From: Octopus sinensis
Taxonomy: Eukaryota
Direction of reading: 5' to 3'
DNA: 64,000 nt
Assembly (NCBI RefSeq): GCF_006345805.1
Contig: NC_043020.1
Location: 7,440,001-7,504,000, forward strand
Shown: one piece after another, positions 63,646-64,000 of the stretch
How the letters are laid out: every line of letters starts with the position of its first letter
How positions within the stretch are numbered: position 1 is the first letter of the stretch
Made by a program: the position numbers and the translations under genes
The notes under the pieces: model-generated
The model's database searches: none
What the model saw: only the letters and a program-made list of their open reading frames with translations
What the model was told of the DNA's origin: nothing

Positions 63646-63952
63646 TCTCGAAAGAGCTGTTCTTCACTCCTGCTCCAGAGCGTCGGCTGCGGGGTCACTC
63701 CAAAAAGCTCTATCTGCGACGATTTCATCTCAATCGAAGGAGAGGGGCTTTCTCCATCCGGGTTGCGGATCCGTGGAATAGGCTGCCGGACGAGATAGTG
63801 AAGATGCCGACGACTGCTCGGTTCAAAGACTCTCTTGACCAGAAATGGCCCGAACTCTTTGCATGAACGCCCTCCCTGTACATAACTCCATGTCCCCCTA
63901 CATGGCCTTGCTTTTGCTTTTTGAGCCAAAAAATTAACTTAACTTAACTTAA
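63646..63952 (+). mobile_element. 5'-truncated CR1-like LINE (ORF2 C-terminus, 3'UTR, (AACTT)n tail) inserted in (CA)n
   Basis: ELFFTPAPERRLRGHSKKLYLRRFHLNRRRGAFSIRVADPWNRLPDEIVKMPTTARFKDSLDQKW* matches the RGH..KL...F..RV...WN.LP..V....FK..LD motif. Confidence 0.88.
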
Positions 63953-64000
63953 CACACACAAAGTACATGTCCATATTAAGAGCTGGTCATTAACTCTATA

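Overview
AT-rich eukaryotic DNA saturated with microsatellites and short interspersed repeats. The SINE families, the (TA)n/(TATG)n/(GAT)n load and the long-intron gene structure suggest an octopus or other coleoid cephalopod genome (inference). Only one confident host exon is visible: the first coding exon of a DCDC2-like doublecortin-domain gene (31409-31698, +). Two weaker candidate exons lie on the minus strand (16911-17098, 1901-1997). The rest is four or more SINE families, LINE remnants (CR1-like, RTE, HERO/NeSL-like), a decayed full-length Tc1/mariner, several MITE families and a 1.93-kb tandem duplication that looks like an assembly artefact. The most interesting signal is about 15 minimal type-I hammerhead-ribozyme-like motifs of the kind carried by Penelope-like elements. 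They fall into several families and include a U3-A8 covariant copy inserted with a 15-bp target duplication and forms with a long stem II. A LINE 3' end shares its tail stem-loop with the dominant SINE. Almost all ORFs in the supplied track are microsatellite or SINE artefacts. All structures and alignments were read by eye; nothing was computed or searched.
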